Origin: Acidimicrobiales bacterium
GTDB taxonomy: Bacteria > Actinomycetota > Acidimicrobiia > Acidimicrobiales > Ilumatobacteraceae
Length of the DNA: 64,000 bases
Assembly (NCBI GenBank): GCA_030828465.1
Contig: JAURCL010000006.1
Span: forward strand, 6,355-70,354
Reading direction: 5' to 3'
This document shows, in pieces, positions 9,299 to 16,827 of the stretch (positions within the stretch are counted from its first letter, which is position 1; every line of letters starts with the position of its first letter). The notes beneath the pieces are model-generated. The model was not told where the DNA came from, made no database searches, and saw nothing but the letters and a program-made list of their open reading frames with translations. A program made the translations under genes and the position numbers.

Positions 9299-9880
9299 AT
9301 GTTCTCGGGGCTCTGGACGATCCCGAACCTGATCACCCTTCTCCGGCTTGCCTGCCTCCCGGTGTTCCTCTGGCTGCTTTTCTCCCAGGACAACCGGCGC
9401 GATGCCGCATGGTTGCTCGGCGTGCTCGGCGCCACGGACTGGGTCGACGGGTTCCTCGCCCGTCGACTGGGACAGACGAGCGAGTTCGGGAAGGTGTTCG
9501 ACCCGACGGTCGACCGGCTGCTGTTCATCGTCGGGATCATCGCCCTCATCATCGACGGTTCCGTGCCGATCTGGTTCGCGCTCGCCGCGGGCGTCCGCGA
9601 GGTATTCGTCGGCGCGATGATGCTCGGGGCCACGGTGCTCTTCAAGATGGAGAGGTTCGACGTCACCTGGTGGGGCAAGACCGCCACCTTTCTCATGATG
9701 TTCGCCTTCCCCGGGTTCCTGATGGCTGAGAGCACCATCTCGATCGCCGGGTTCTTCCACGTCGCGGCATGGGTACTCGGACTCCCGGGACTGGCTCTCA
9801 GTTGGTACACCGCCGTTGCCTATATGCCGGCAGTACGGGAGGGCGTGCGGGTTGGGCGACGGACCGCTCAGGCGAGGTGA
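9299..9880 (+). CDS. CDP-alcohol phosphatidyltransferase (PgsA/cardiolipin-synthase type)
   Basis: TIPNLITLLR then DWVDGFLARRLGQTSEFGKVFDPTVDRL (D-x2-DG-x2-AR...G-x3-D-x3-D). Multiple TM segments. An alternative GTG start is at 9260. Confidence 0.8.
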   Translation: MFSGLWTIPNLITLLRLACLPVFLWLLFSQDNRRDAAWLLGVLGATDWVDGFLARRLGQTSEFGKVFDPTVDRLLFIVGIIALIIDGSVPIWFALAAGVREVFVGAMMLGATVLFKMERFDVTWWGKTATFLMMFAFPGFLMAESTISIAGFFHVAAWVLGLPGLALSWYTAVAYMPAVREGVRVGRRTAQAR

Positions 9881-9914
9881 CCGACCATCGTTTCGGACGC
9901 TACGGTTGGCCACC

Positions 9915-10295
9915 GTGAACGCCCCCGACGGTCTGCTCTACACCACGGACCACGAGTGGCTCTCGGTCGTCTCCCCGGGCCTCGTTCGACTCGGCGTCAC
10001 CGACTACGGGCAGGATGCCCTCGGCGAGATCGTCTTCATCGAGATGGCATCCATCGGGCGCACCGTCGAGCGCGGTGAGCTCCTGGGTGAGATCGAGAGC
10101 ACTAAGTCGGTCACAGAGATCTACGCGCCCCTCAGCGGGACGGTGGCACGCACGAACGATGAACTCGCCGCTGCCCCGACACTCGTCAATCGTGACCCCT
10201 ACGGTGACGGATGGCTCCTCGAACTGAATGGTGAGCCGCCGATCGAGCACGGGCTGCTCGACGCCGCGTCATACGTGTCGATGGTTGAGGGCTGA
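9915..10295 (+). CDS. gcvH: glycine cleavage system protein H
   Basis: YTTDHEWL, VRLGVTDYGQDALGEIVF, and the lipoyl-lysine motif EIESTKSV. The GTG start at 9915 gives 126 aa. Confidence 0.9.
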   Translation: MNAPDGLLYTTDHEWLSVVSPGLVRLGVTDYGQDALGEIVFIEMASIGRTVERGELLGEIESTKSVTEIYAPLSGTVARTNDELAAAPTLVNRDPYGDGWLLELNGEPPIEHGLLDAASYVSMVEG

Positions 10296-10780
10296 TGTCG
10301 TACGTCTTCTGCAATCAGTGCGGCCACCGCAATCCGCCGGCGAGCAACTTCTGCTCATCCTGCGGTGGAGCACTCGATGTTCTCGACGACCGAACGATCA
10401 CCCTGATCAGCGTGGATCCGCTGCAGGACGCGCCCGGACCATCCGATGACATCGCGGTCCCGGTGTCCGAGATTGCTCGGGGCACCGGCGTGCTTATCGT
10501 TCGCTCGGGAGGTCTGGCCGGTGCCCGCTTCAGCCTGGAAGGTCCGGCCACCCGGATCGGCCGCCATCCCGATTCCGAGATCATGCTGGACGACATCACG
10601 GTGTCGCGACGACACGCCGAGATCCTGCGGCGCGACAGCGGGCACGAGATCCTTGACTCTGGTTCGCTCAACGGCACCTATGTGAATCAGGAGCGAATCG
10701 AGGCCACCATGCTCCAGCACGGCGATGAGGTGCAGATCGGCAAGTTCCACCTGGTGTATTTCGAGCGGTCGGATGGCTGA
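10295..10780 (+). CDS. FHA-domain protein with N-terminal zinc ribbon (occupies the garA/odhI position)
   Basis: CNQCGHRN...CSSCGGAL, then an FHA core TRIGRHPDSEIMLDDITVSRRHAEI...SLNGTYVN. Its ATG shares one nt with the gcvH stop. Confidence 0.85.
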   Translation: MSYVFCNQCGHRNPPASNFCSSCGGALDVLDDRTITLISVDPLQDAPGPSDDIAVPVSEIARGTGVLIVRSGGLAGARFSLEGPATRIGRHPDSEIMLDDITVSRRHAEILRRDSGHEILDSGSLNGTYVNQERIEATMLQHGDEVQIGKFHLVYFERSDG

Positions 10781-11594
10781 GGTCGACACCCAGGGCCATC
10801 TGGCCATCGGCGAGGTGCTCGGCATCCTCCTCGAGGAGTTTCCCGACGTCACCATCTCGAAGATCCGCTTCCTGGAGAGCCAGGGTCTGATCGCTCCCGA
10901 GCGAACGGCGTCTGGCTACCGCAAGTTCTACGAGACCGATGTGGAGCTCCTGCGTGTGATCCTCACCGAGCAACGAGAGCACTACCTCCCGTTGCGGGTC
11001 ATCAAGGACCGGCTCGATTCGGGGGAGATCGACCCATCGGGCGAACACCTCAGGCCGCGAGCCGAAGATGCGACTGCGCCGATAAGTGTGCCCGAGTCCT
11101 CGGTGTCCTCGCATCCCTCCGGACACGGTCGCACCGACGCGCCGATTCCCTTCCGTCGACGCACGGTCTCCGATGACAGCTCAAACGGGGCCTCGGCCCC
11201 CGCGCCGCGGCTCCTGCCGGGCGTGCTCGTTGAGCGCGGGGAGTTCCTCGGCATGACCGGTCTCACCGAGAGCCAGCTCGCGTCGTTGGAGGACTTCGGC
11301 ATCGTCGCTCCTCGTTCCACCGCCGGTGTCCCCACCTACGGCGAGGGCGAGGTCGAGGTGGGGCGGATCGCGCGCGACCTGCTCGTGTCCGGCGTTGAGG
11401 CGCGGCATCTGCGCTCCTGGAAGACGAGCGCCGAGCGCGAGGTCGCCCTCTTCGAGCAATTGGTCGCCGCGAGGGCGCGTCTACGGAGCCCGGAAGCCCG
11501 TCGCGAGATGGGGGAGCGGCTCGTTGAACTCGAGCACCTCGGTGGTCGACTGCGTTCGGCCATGGTCACGTCGGCAATTCGCTCACGTTTCTGA
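10773..11594 (+). CDS. MerR-like transcriptional regulator (Rv1828-like)
   Basis: LAIGEVLGILLEEFPDVTISKIRFLESQGLIAPERTASGYRKFY HTH. A second MerR-like/dimerisation region is at the C-terminus. The start ATG at 10773 overlaps the FHA stop (ATGGCTGA). Confidence 0.75.
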   Translation: MAEVDTQGHLAIGEVLGILLEEFPDVTISKIRFLESQGLIAPERTASGYRKFYETDVELLRVILTEQREHYLPLRVIKDRLDSGEIDPSGEHLRPRAEDATAPISVPESSVSSHPSGHGRTDAPIPFRRRTVSDDSSNGASAPAPRLLPGVLVERGEFLGMTGLTESQLASLEDFGIVAPRSTAGVPTYGEGEVEVGRIARDLLVSGVEARHLRSWKTSAEREVALFEQLVAARARLRSPEARREMGERLVELEHLGGRLRSAMVTSAIRSRF

Positions 11595-11636
11595 CCCGGT
11601 CCGACTCGCACCGCCGAGCAGGGGTAAGTTCGGGTC

Positions 11637-12122
11637 ATGCGTCAGATGGAGTTGTTGGGAGTCAGAGTGGAGGTGCCCGCCAACACCCCGCTTCTGCTGC
11701 TTCGCGAGACCGAGGGTGAGGGTCGCCTCCTGCCGATCTACATCGGCTCGCCGGAGGCCGCCGCCATTCACTCCGCCATGGAGGGCGTCGTTCCCCCAAG
11801 GCCCATGACCCACGACCTCCTCCTCGACGTCGTGCACTCTCTTGGGGCCAAGCCGGTTGGGGTGGTCGTGACCGAGGTGCGCGATCACACCTTCCACGCC
11901 TCGCTCCGGATCGAGGACGCCGAGGGGTCGGAGTCCACGCTGTCGTGCCGACCGTCTGACGCGTGCGCGATCGCAGTGCGGGCCGATGTCCCGATCTTCG
12001 CGTCCGAGCAGGTTCTCGACGAGGCAGGCCGTCCCGCGGAAGAACCCGATGAGTCCGAGGAGATCATCGACGAGTTCCAAGAGTTCCTCGAGAACGTCTC
12101 ACCCGAAGACTTTGCCTCCTGA
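11637..12122 (+). CDS. bifunctional nuclease family protein (DUF151, Rv1829-like)
   Basis: LLLLRE...LPIYIGSPEAAAI...RPMTHDLL signature; 161 aa. Confidence 0.8.
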   Translation: MRQMELLGVRVEVPANTPLLLLRETEGEGRLLPIYIGSPEAAAIHSAMEGVVPPRPMTHDLLLDVVHSLGAKPVGVVVTEVRDHTFHASLRIEDAEGSESTLSCRPSDACAIAVRADVPIFASEQVLDEAGRPAEEPDESEEIIDEFQEFLENVSPEDFAS

Positions 12123-12140
12123 CCGCGACGTTCGGGCTGG

Positions 12141-12169
12141 TTGACGCCGGGGGAGGTTCGCCGTAGAGT
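12141..12169 (+). promoter_or_regulatory. candidate sigma-A type promoter for the downstream MerR gene
   Basis: TTGACG (12141-12146), a 17-nt spacer, then TAGAGT (12164-12169). It lies ~50 nt upstream of the ATG at 12220, which is preceded by AGGAGGGGA. Confidence 0.45.
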
Positions 12170-12219
12170 TCTCAGCCCACACCGACGTAGTTACGCGTGT
12201 GCAAGTCGCAGGAGGGGAA

Positions 12220-12660
12220 ATGGACACTGGATTCAGCGGAAGTCAGGCCGCCAAGGTGGTCGGCATTAGCTATCGCCAGCTCGACTATTGGGCGCGCACC
12301 GATCTGATTCGCCCCTCGCTCGTGGATGCCCAAGGGAGCGGTTCCCGCCGTCGCTACAGCTATCAAGACCTCCTCGAGCTGCGCGTCATCAAGACCCTGC
12401 TCGACGCTGGCATCAAGTTGGAGTCGGTTCGCCGGGTGTTCGACTACCTCCGAACCCACGTCACCGGTGACATCGCCTCGGCGCACCTCGTGATCAGCGG
12501 TCAGTCGGTGGTGCTCGCCCAAGGCGAGCAACTCGTCGATGTACTGCGCGAAGGTCAGGGCGTCCTCAACGTCCTGTCGCTGGCCGGGGTCAAGGAAGAC
12601 GTCGACGCCCAGCTCGTACCGCTCGCTGGCGATGTCTCACCGATCGCCGACGCGATCTGA
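12220..12660 (+). CDS. MerR-family transcriptional regulator (Rv1830-like)
   Basis: FSGSQAAKVVGISYRQLDYWARTDLIRPS...RRYSYQDLLELRVIK HTH. Strong SD upstream of the internal ATG. Confidence 0.85.
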   Translation: MDTGFSGSQAAKVVGISYRQLDYWARTDLIRPSLVDAQGSGSRRRYSYQDLLELRVIKTLLDAGIKLESVRRVFDYLRTHVTGDIASAHLVISGQSVVLAQGEQLVDVLREGQGVLNVLSLAGVKEDVDAQLVPLAGDVSPIADAI

Positions 12661-12681
12661 CGCTGCGCCTTAGCGGGCGTA

Positions 12682-13233
12682 TCACTTTCGCGACTTGGCC
12701 GGCTTTTTCGCGACTTTCTTTGGTGACGCCTTAGTTGACTTCTTCGCGGCCTTCGATGCGCTCGACCTAGCGGCCTTCTTCGCCGGCTGAGCGGCCTTCT
12801 TCGCTGGTTTGGGGGAGGAGTCGGTGCTCTTGGCTGGTCCCGCTGCCGTCCGAGGAGCCATCGCGGCTCCCATCGCCGCGAGCGGCGCAAGACCATCGAG
12901 GAGGGCGCGCACACGCGGGATGATCTCGGCCACTTGGTCGGCGGTGTCGTCGGGGAGTCCGTCGAGAATTCCATCGAGCACGCTGGCGGCCCGGCTGATC
13001 ACGGGGATCGCCTCTCGGAGGGGCTGCTCGATCTCGTCGAGGAGGCGGACCATTCGTACCGTCACGTCAGCCGCCTCGCGGATGGTGTGCAAGCTCGATT
13101 CGAGCTGTCGTCGGGCCTGGTCCTGCTTCTCGCGGACCTCGCCGGCCACGCGCACGCCTGTGGAGACCTGTGAGGCAACGAGATTGATGATCTCGGCGAC
13201 GATGTCGCGCTCGGAATCGGATCGCTTGGACAT
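12682..13233 (-). CDS. hypothetical coiled-coil protein with a Lys/Ala/Pro-rich histone-H1-like C-terminal tail
   Basis: 183-aa ORF. The helical N-terminal ~130 aa are followed by PKPAKKAAQPAKKAARSSASKAAKKSTKASPKKVAKKPAKSRK. Confidence 0.6.
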   Translation of the reverse strand: MSKRSDSERDIVAEIINLVASQVSTGVRVAGEVREKQDQARRQLESSLHTIREAADVTVRMVRLLDEIEQPLREAIPVISRAASVLDGILDGLPDDTADQVAEIIPRVRALLDGLAPLAAMGAAMAPRTAAGPAKSTDSSPKPAKKAAQPAKKAARSSASKAAKKSTKASPKKVAKKPAKSRK

Positions 13234-13286
13234 GACGTGAACCTATCGGTGGGCCGCTACACCGCGCCTTCCGTGCATGAACTTGC

Positions 13287-14060
13287 TCAAGGGCCAGCGA
13301 GAGCGGCCGTTTCGGGCACCCCGATGTGGGTCACGATGACCCGCGTGACGCCCGCCGCGTCGAGTTCGCGCCGCCGGGGATGCTCCGGATCAACGATGCC
13401 GTCCTCGTACATGACGTAAGCAGTGCACTCGAACGCTCGATCTCCGGCGGTTCGTCTGGCCTCCGCGAGTTGGTCGTTCGCGCCGTCCGACGGCCAGCGT
13501 ACGTTCACTCCGTCGGCTCGTGAACCAGCGATGCGGGCCAGTGCGAGGCTGTTGACGCCGATGATGACTTTCGGCCGGTGCTCAGTCGCCGGGAAGGTAT
13601 CGAATTCCGGCCCCCGGTCGTGCGCCCACATCTGATCGGCGAGATCCAGCACCGCCTCCACCCGTCGGTGCCGAGCGGCCATTGGGGTGAGAATCGGGGT
13701 TGACGTGGCGTGCTGCTCCCGAGCGAAGGCACTGGTGGGTGAGGTGCCTGCGCCGAGACCGAGGTGGAAGGTCCTACCGCTAAGACGAGCGATGGTTGCG
13801 GCCGCCACGAGGGTCGTGGCCGGGGTTCGGTTGTGAGCGTTGACCACCAATGCACCAAGTTCGACCCGACGGGTGGCCTCGGCGAGTGCTCCGAGCCAAG
13901 CGAAGGCCTCGTGGATCTCTCCGCTTGCCATCGAGTACCCAGCGAGGTGGTCACACACCCACAGCGCGTCGTACGACCCCTCATCCACGGCCAGGGACGC
14001 CTCGCGAAGGCGAGACCAGTCGTCCCGACCGGGAATGAGCTGGATATCGATGGACGTCAT
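13287..14060 (-). CDS. LLM-class (luciferase-like) flavin/F420-dependent oxidoreductase
   Basis: YDALWVCDHL, TRRVELGALVVN and FHLGLGAG motifs; 257 aa. Confidence 0.8.
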   Translation of the reverse strand: MTSIDIQLIPGRDDWSRLREASLAVDEGSYDALWVCDHLAGYSMASGEIHEAFAWLGALAEATRRVELGALVVNAHNRTPATTLVAAATIARLSGRTFHLGLGAGTSPTSAFAREQHATSTPILTPMAARHRRVEAVLDLADQMWAHDRGPEFDTFPATEHRPKVIIGVNSLALARIAGSRADGVNVRWPSDGANDQLAEARRTAGDRAFECTAYVMYEDGIVDPEHPRRRELDAAGVTRVIVTHIGVPETAALAGP

Positions 14061-14087
14061 CGCCGAGTACTACTCACCGCGCTCGGG

Positions 14088-15950
14088 TCACCCGACCGCA
14101 GGCGGCTCGGTGATCTCGCAAGCATCAACCGCCTTGACCACCGGATACGGGTTCACCGCCGTGCCACCGTTCGGATGGATCTCGAAGTGAAGGTGCGGGG
14201 TGCTGGTGTTGCCCGTCGCGCCGATCGTGCCGACAACCTGTCCCGCCTTCACCCGCGCTCCCTCGCTGATGCCCTCAGCGATCGTGTCGAAGTGGGCGTA
14301 GAAGAAGTAGGTGCCATCGTCGGCCGTCAGGCGGATCCCGTTACCCGAGAGCGAGCCCGGACGGTCGTAGTAGACCTTGGTGATCGTGCCCTCAACAGCG
14401 GCGTAGACGAGGTTGCCACGGGCAGCGATGATGTCGACGCCGAGGTGCACGCGGCCGCCGCTGCGGGGAGCGTGCCAGGTGTCGGCGTACCCACACCTGC
14501 CCTGCACCGGGAAGACGTCAATCGAGGCAACTGCGACGGGGGAGTCAACCGGAATCGGCTGAGCGCCGATGCCGAGAGCATCCGCGGTGGCCTGGTTCAC
14601 CACACCGGTGACGCCGAGCCCGGCCGAGCGCTGGAACGACATGACCGCTGAAGCCGTCGCGGCGCCGAAGTCTCCGTCAACGCCTCCGCGGAGCGTCACG
14701 CCAGCGGCGACAAGAGCGGTCTGGAGCTCGGTGACGCGCTGGCCCTTCTCGCCGTACACAGCGAACCCGACGCGCCCGTCGGCGACGACCTCGACGGCAG
14801 GCGACTCGTCCGTAGTGGGAGCGGCAGCCGCAGGAGCGGCGTTCAGCGCCGCAGCGGTGGCCGCATCGACGACGCCGTCAGCGTTCAGACCACGCTGGGT
14901 CTGGAAGGCCTTGAGGGAGTTGGCGGTGGCGGGTCCGAAGATGCCGTCGACGCCGCCACGGACCTGAACTCCAAGATCGAGGAGTCGCTGCTGCAGCGCC
15001 TCGACCGCTCCACCCAGTGCACCCGGACGGAGACCGACCAGCTGGGAGTAGGGGTTGGACGCTGCAGCAGCGGACTTGTCGGCCGCGGTCGAGGCGAGGG
15101 CCTGCGCCGTCGCCTCGTTCACCCGGCCGGTGACTTCCAGACCCTTGGCGGTCTGGAAGTCCTTGATCGCGTTCATGGTGACCAGACCAAAGAGTCCGTC
15201 CGCTCCGCCGCGGAGCTCGCGACCGGAGGCAATCAGCTGCTCCTGAAGGGTGGTCACATTGCGGCCCCAGTCGCCGTACTTCAGTCCGACGAGAGGGGAG
15301 TCAGACGCCGCGGGGGCGGCGGCCGGCTCGGCCTCCGGGGCAGGGCTCTCGGCGGGGGCCTCGGGGGCAGCCGGAGCGGCAGTGCCGTTGCCGGTGAGCA
15401 GTCGGGCCGCGGTGTCGGCATCGACCACGCCCGTCGCGGAGAGGCCGAAGGCGCTCTGCACGTTGCGGAGCGCAGCCTCCGTGCCGGGACCAAAGATGCC
15501 GTCGGCGCCGCCGGCCGGCTCCTGACCGAGGGTGATCAGCAGCCGCTGAAGCTGAGCGACGGTGTCGCCACGGTTACCCCGGGCGAGCCCGATCAGCGGG
15601 GATTCCACCAGTCCGAGCGCGGTAGCGGTGCCATCATCAACCGAGGAGGTCTGGGGCAGTCCGACTGAGACCTGGAAGGCATGGAGAGCGGCCAGGGTCA
15701 TGGGGCCGAATGCGCCGTCGGCGCCGCCGACCACGTCAACACCGCGAGCGATAAGCGCGCGCTGGAGGGCGACAACCGCGTCACCGCGAGAGCCAACCGA
15801 CAGACCCGTCACCGCGAGCTCCACCTGGGCGGCGCTGGCGGTACCGGGGAGCACGACGACCGGCGAAGCGGCCAGCCCGAAAGCGAGTCCGAGGCTCGCG
15901 ATGCGCGCGAGACGTCGGGTGTCGGGGAGTGAGGGGCGAAGGGTGAACAT
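14088..15950 (-). CDS. secreted peptidoglycan hydrolase: five PG_binding_1 domains plus a C-terminal M23 metallopeptidase
   Basis: Signal peptide (LGLAFGLAASPVVVLPGTASA). Five repeats of the G..G..V..LQ..L......GGADG.FG..T..A...FQ...GL..TG.V...T pattern. M23 motifs HLGVDI and GNTSTPHLHFEIH. SD AGGAGA upstream. Confidence 0.9.
   Translation of the reverse strand: MFTLRPSLPDTRRLARIASLGLAFGLAASPVVVLPGTASAAQVELAVTGLSVGSRGDAVVALQRALIARGVDVVGGADGAFGPMTLAALHAFQVSVGLPQTSSVDDGTATALGLVESPLIGLARGNRGDTVAQLQRLLITLGQEPAGGADGIFGPGTEAALRNVQSAFGLSATGVVDADTAARLLTGNGTAAPAAPEAPAESPAPEAEPAAAPAASDSPLVGLKYGDWGRNVTTLQEQLIASGRELRGGADGLFGLVTMNAIKDFQTAKGLEVTGRVNEATAQALASTAADKSAAAASNPYSQLVGLRPGALGGAVEALQQRLLDLGVQVRGGVDGIFGPATANSLKAFQTQRGLNADGVVDAATAAALNAAPAAAAPTTDESPAVEVVADGRVGFAVYGEKGQRVTELQTALVAAGVTLRGGVDGDFGAATASAVMSFQRSAGLGVTGVVNQATADALGIGAQPIPVDSPVAVASIDVFPVQGRCGYADTWHAPRSGGRVHLGVDIIAARGNLVYAAVEGTITKVYYDRPGSLSGNGIRLTADDGTYFFYAHFDTIAEGISEGARVKAGQVVGTIGATGNTSTPHLHFEIHPNGGTAVNPYPVVKAVDACEITEPPAVG
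14571..15803 (-). repeat. five tandem ~65-90-aa PG_binding_1 coding repeats separated by Ala/Pro linkers
   Basis: Repeat units read from the translation (residues ~50-460 of the M23 protein). Coordinates are approximate. Confidence 0.7.
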
Positions 15951-16385
15951 GTTGGTCTCCTGTGTTCGGGTGCAGGAGTTCCTTCGTCACTCGAGGCGAC
16001 ACGCATGAGAACGAGTTGGGGCCTGGGAGCCCTTCGCGGTGCTGAACGCCAATGACCGCAACGTTTCGGAGGGGGAGAGCCAGGTTCAGCCGCTTCGTCG
16101 GTATTTGACATAACGGTGCTTATGGGCGATCTGACCCAGAATGGCGGGCTCTGGACCACGGCTCAGACGAGCGTTCTTGCGCCGCGGCCCGCTTCCGGCC
16201 ACCGCTCCTCCGCCGCCCGTATCGTCGCGCACGCGTGAGCCTTCCTGAAGGCTCCGCGATTCGGCGACCTGATCTCGCACGGTTCGAAGCACGGGCGTAG
16301 GCGGCTACGTGACAGCCAGTCCGATCGAGACGCCGAGAGTGCGCGCGCCTACCCCGTCAGGGGCGATGCGCGCTGGGGTATTTCA

Positions 16386-16754
16386 TCATGACGTTTTTCG
16401 TGATGAGGGGTCGGGTGCGGAGATTTCCCGGTTGCGGAGCGGTTCCGCAGCGCTCAGGAGCCACTGCAGGAGTTCGCGCAGTTCCGCGGCGGTGACTCGC
16501 CCCTTCCCCCGGTCGAGATCGGCTCTCACATCCTCCACCGCGCATGCCAGGACGTAGAGCTCGTCGTGCAGGGCGTCGAGTTCCGCTCGGGCGATGACCA
16601 GCTCGCCCTCGGACAGTTCCAGTTCCCGTGCCCGCTGCCGTGACACCCAGTCCCACTGCCGGCATCGAGCGGAGCAAAACTCTCGGGGCCGACCCGCTCC
16701 CGAACGCTCGGGAAGCGCCCTTCGGCACCACCGGCAGCGACGGGGCTGATCCAT
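16386..16754 (-). CDS. small zinc-ribbon/coiled-coil protein, function unknown
   Basis: MDQPRRCRWCRRAL...GRPREFCSARCRQWDW (CxxC...CxxxC), then a helical ELELSEGELVIARAELDALHDELY region. An alternative GTG start at 16841 overlaps the prfC end. No clear SD. Confidence 0.5.
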   Translation of the reverse strand: MDQPRRCRWCRRALPERSGAGRPREFCSARCRQWDWVSRQRARELELSEGELVIARAELDALHDELYVLACAVEDVRADLDRGKGRVTAAELRELLQWLLSAAEPLRNREISAPDPSSRKTS

Positions 16755-16827
16755 CGAGTCATTCTGTCGTGACGAAATAGGTGAGGGCTTCACCGGGATG
16801 TGTCGGTCGATCAACAGGCCGAGCCGG

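Noticed and set aside
9238-9810. N-terminal 190 aa of the 331-aa minus-strand ORF 8815..9810
   Set aside because: Only the C-terminal 140 aa are HIT-like, with a GTG start at 9237. The upstream part is antisense to the CDP-alcohol phosphatidyltransferase gene.
13764-14651. 295-aa plus-strand ORF spanning the LLM oxidoreductase/M23 peptidase junction
   Set aside because: It is antisense to two well-supported genes and crosses their intergenic gap. It has no motifs.
16086-16292. 68-aa minus-strand ORF inside the long M23 leader
   Set aside because: It is Arg/Gly-rich with poor codon bias and no SD. The region is treated as a non-coding leader instead.
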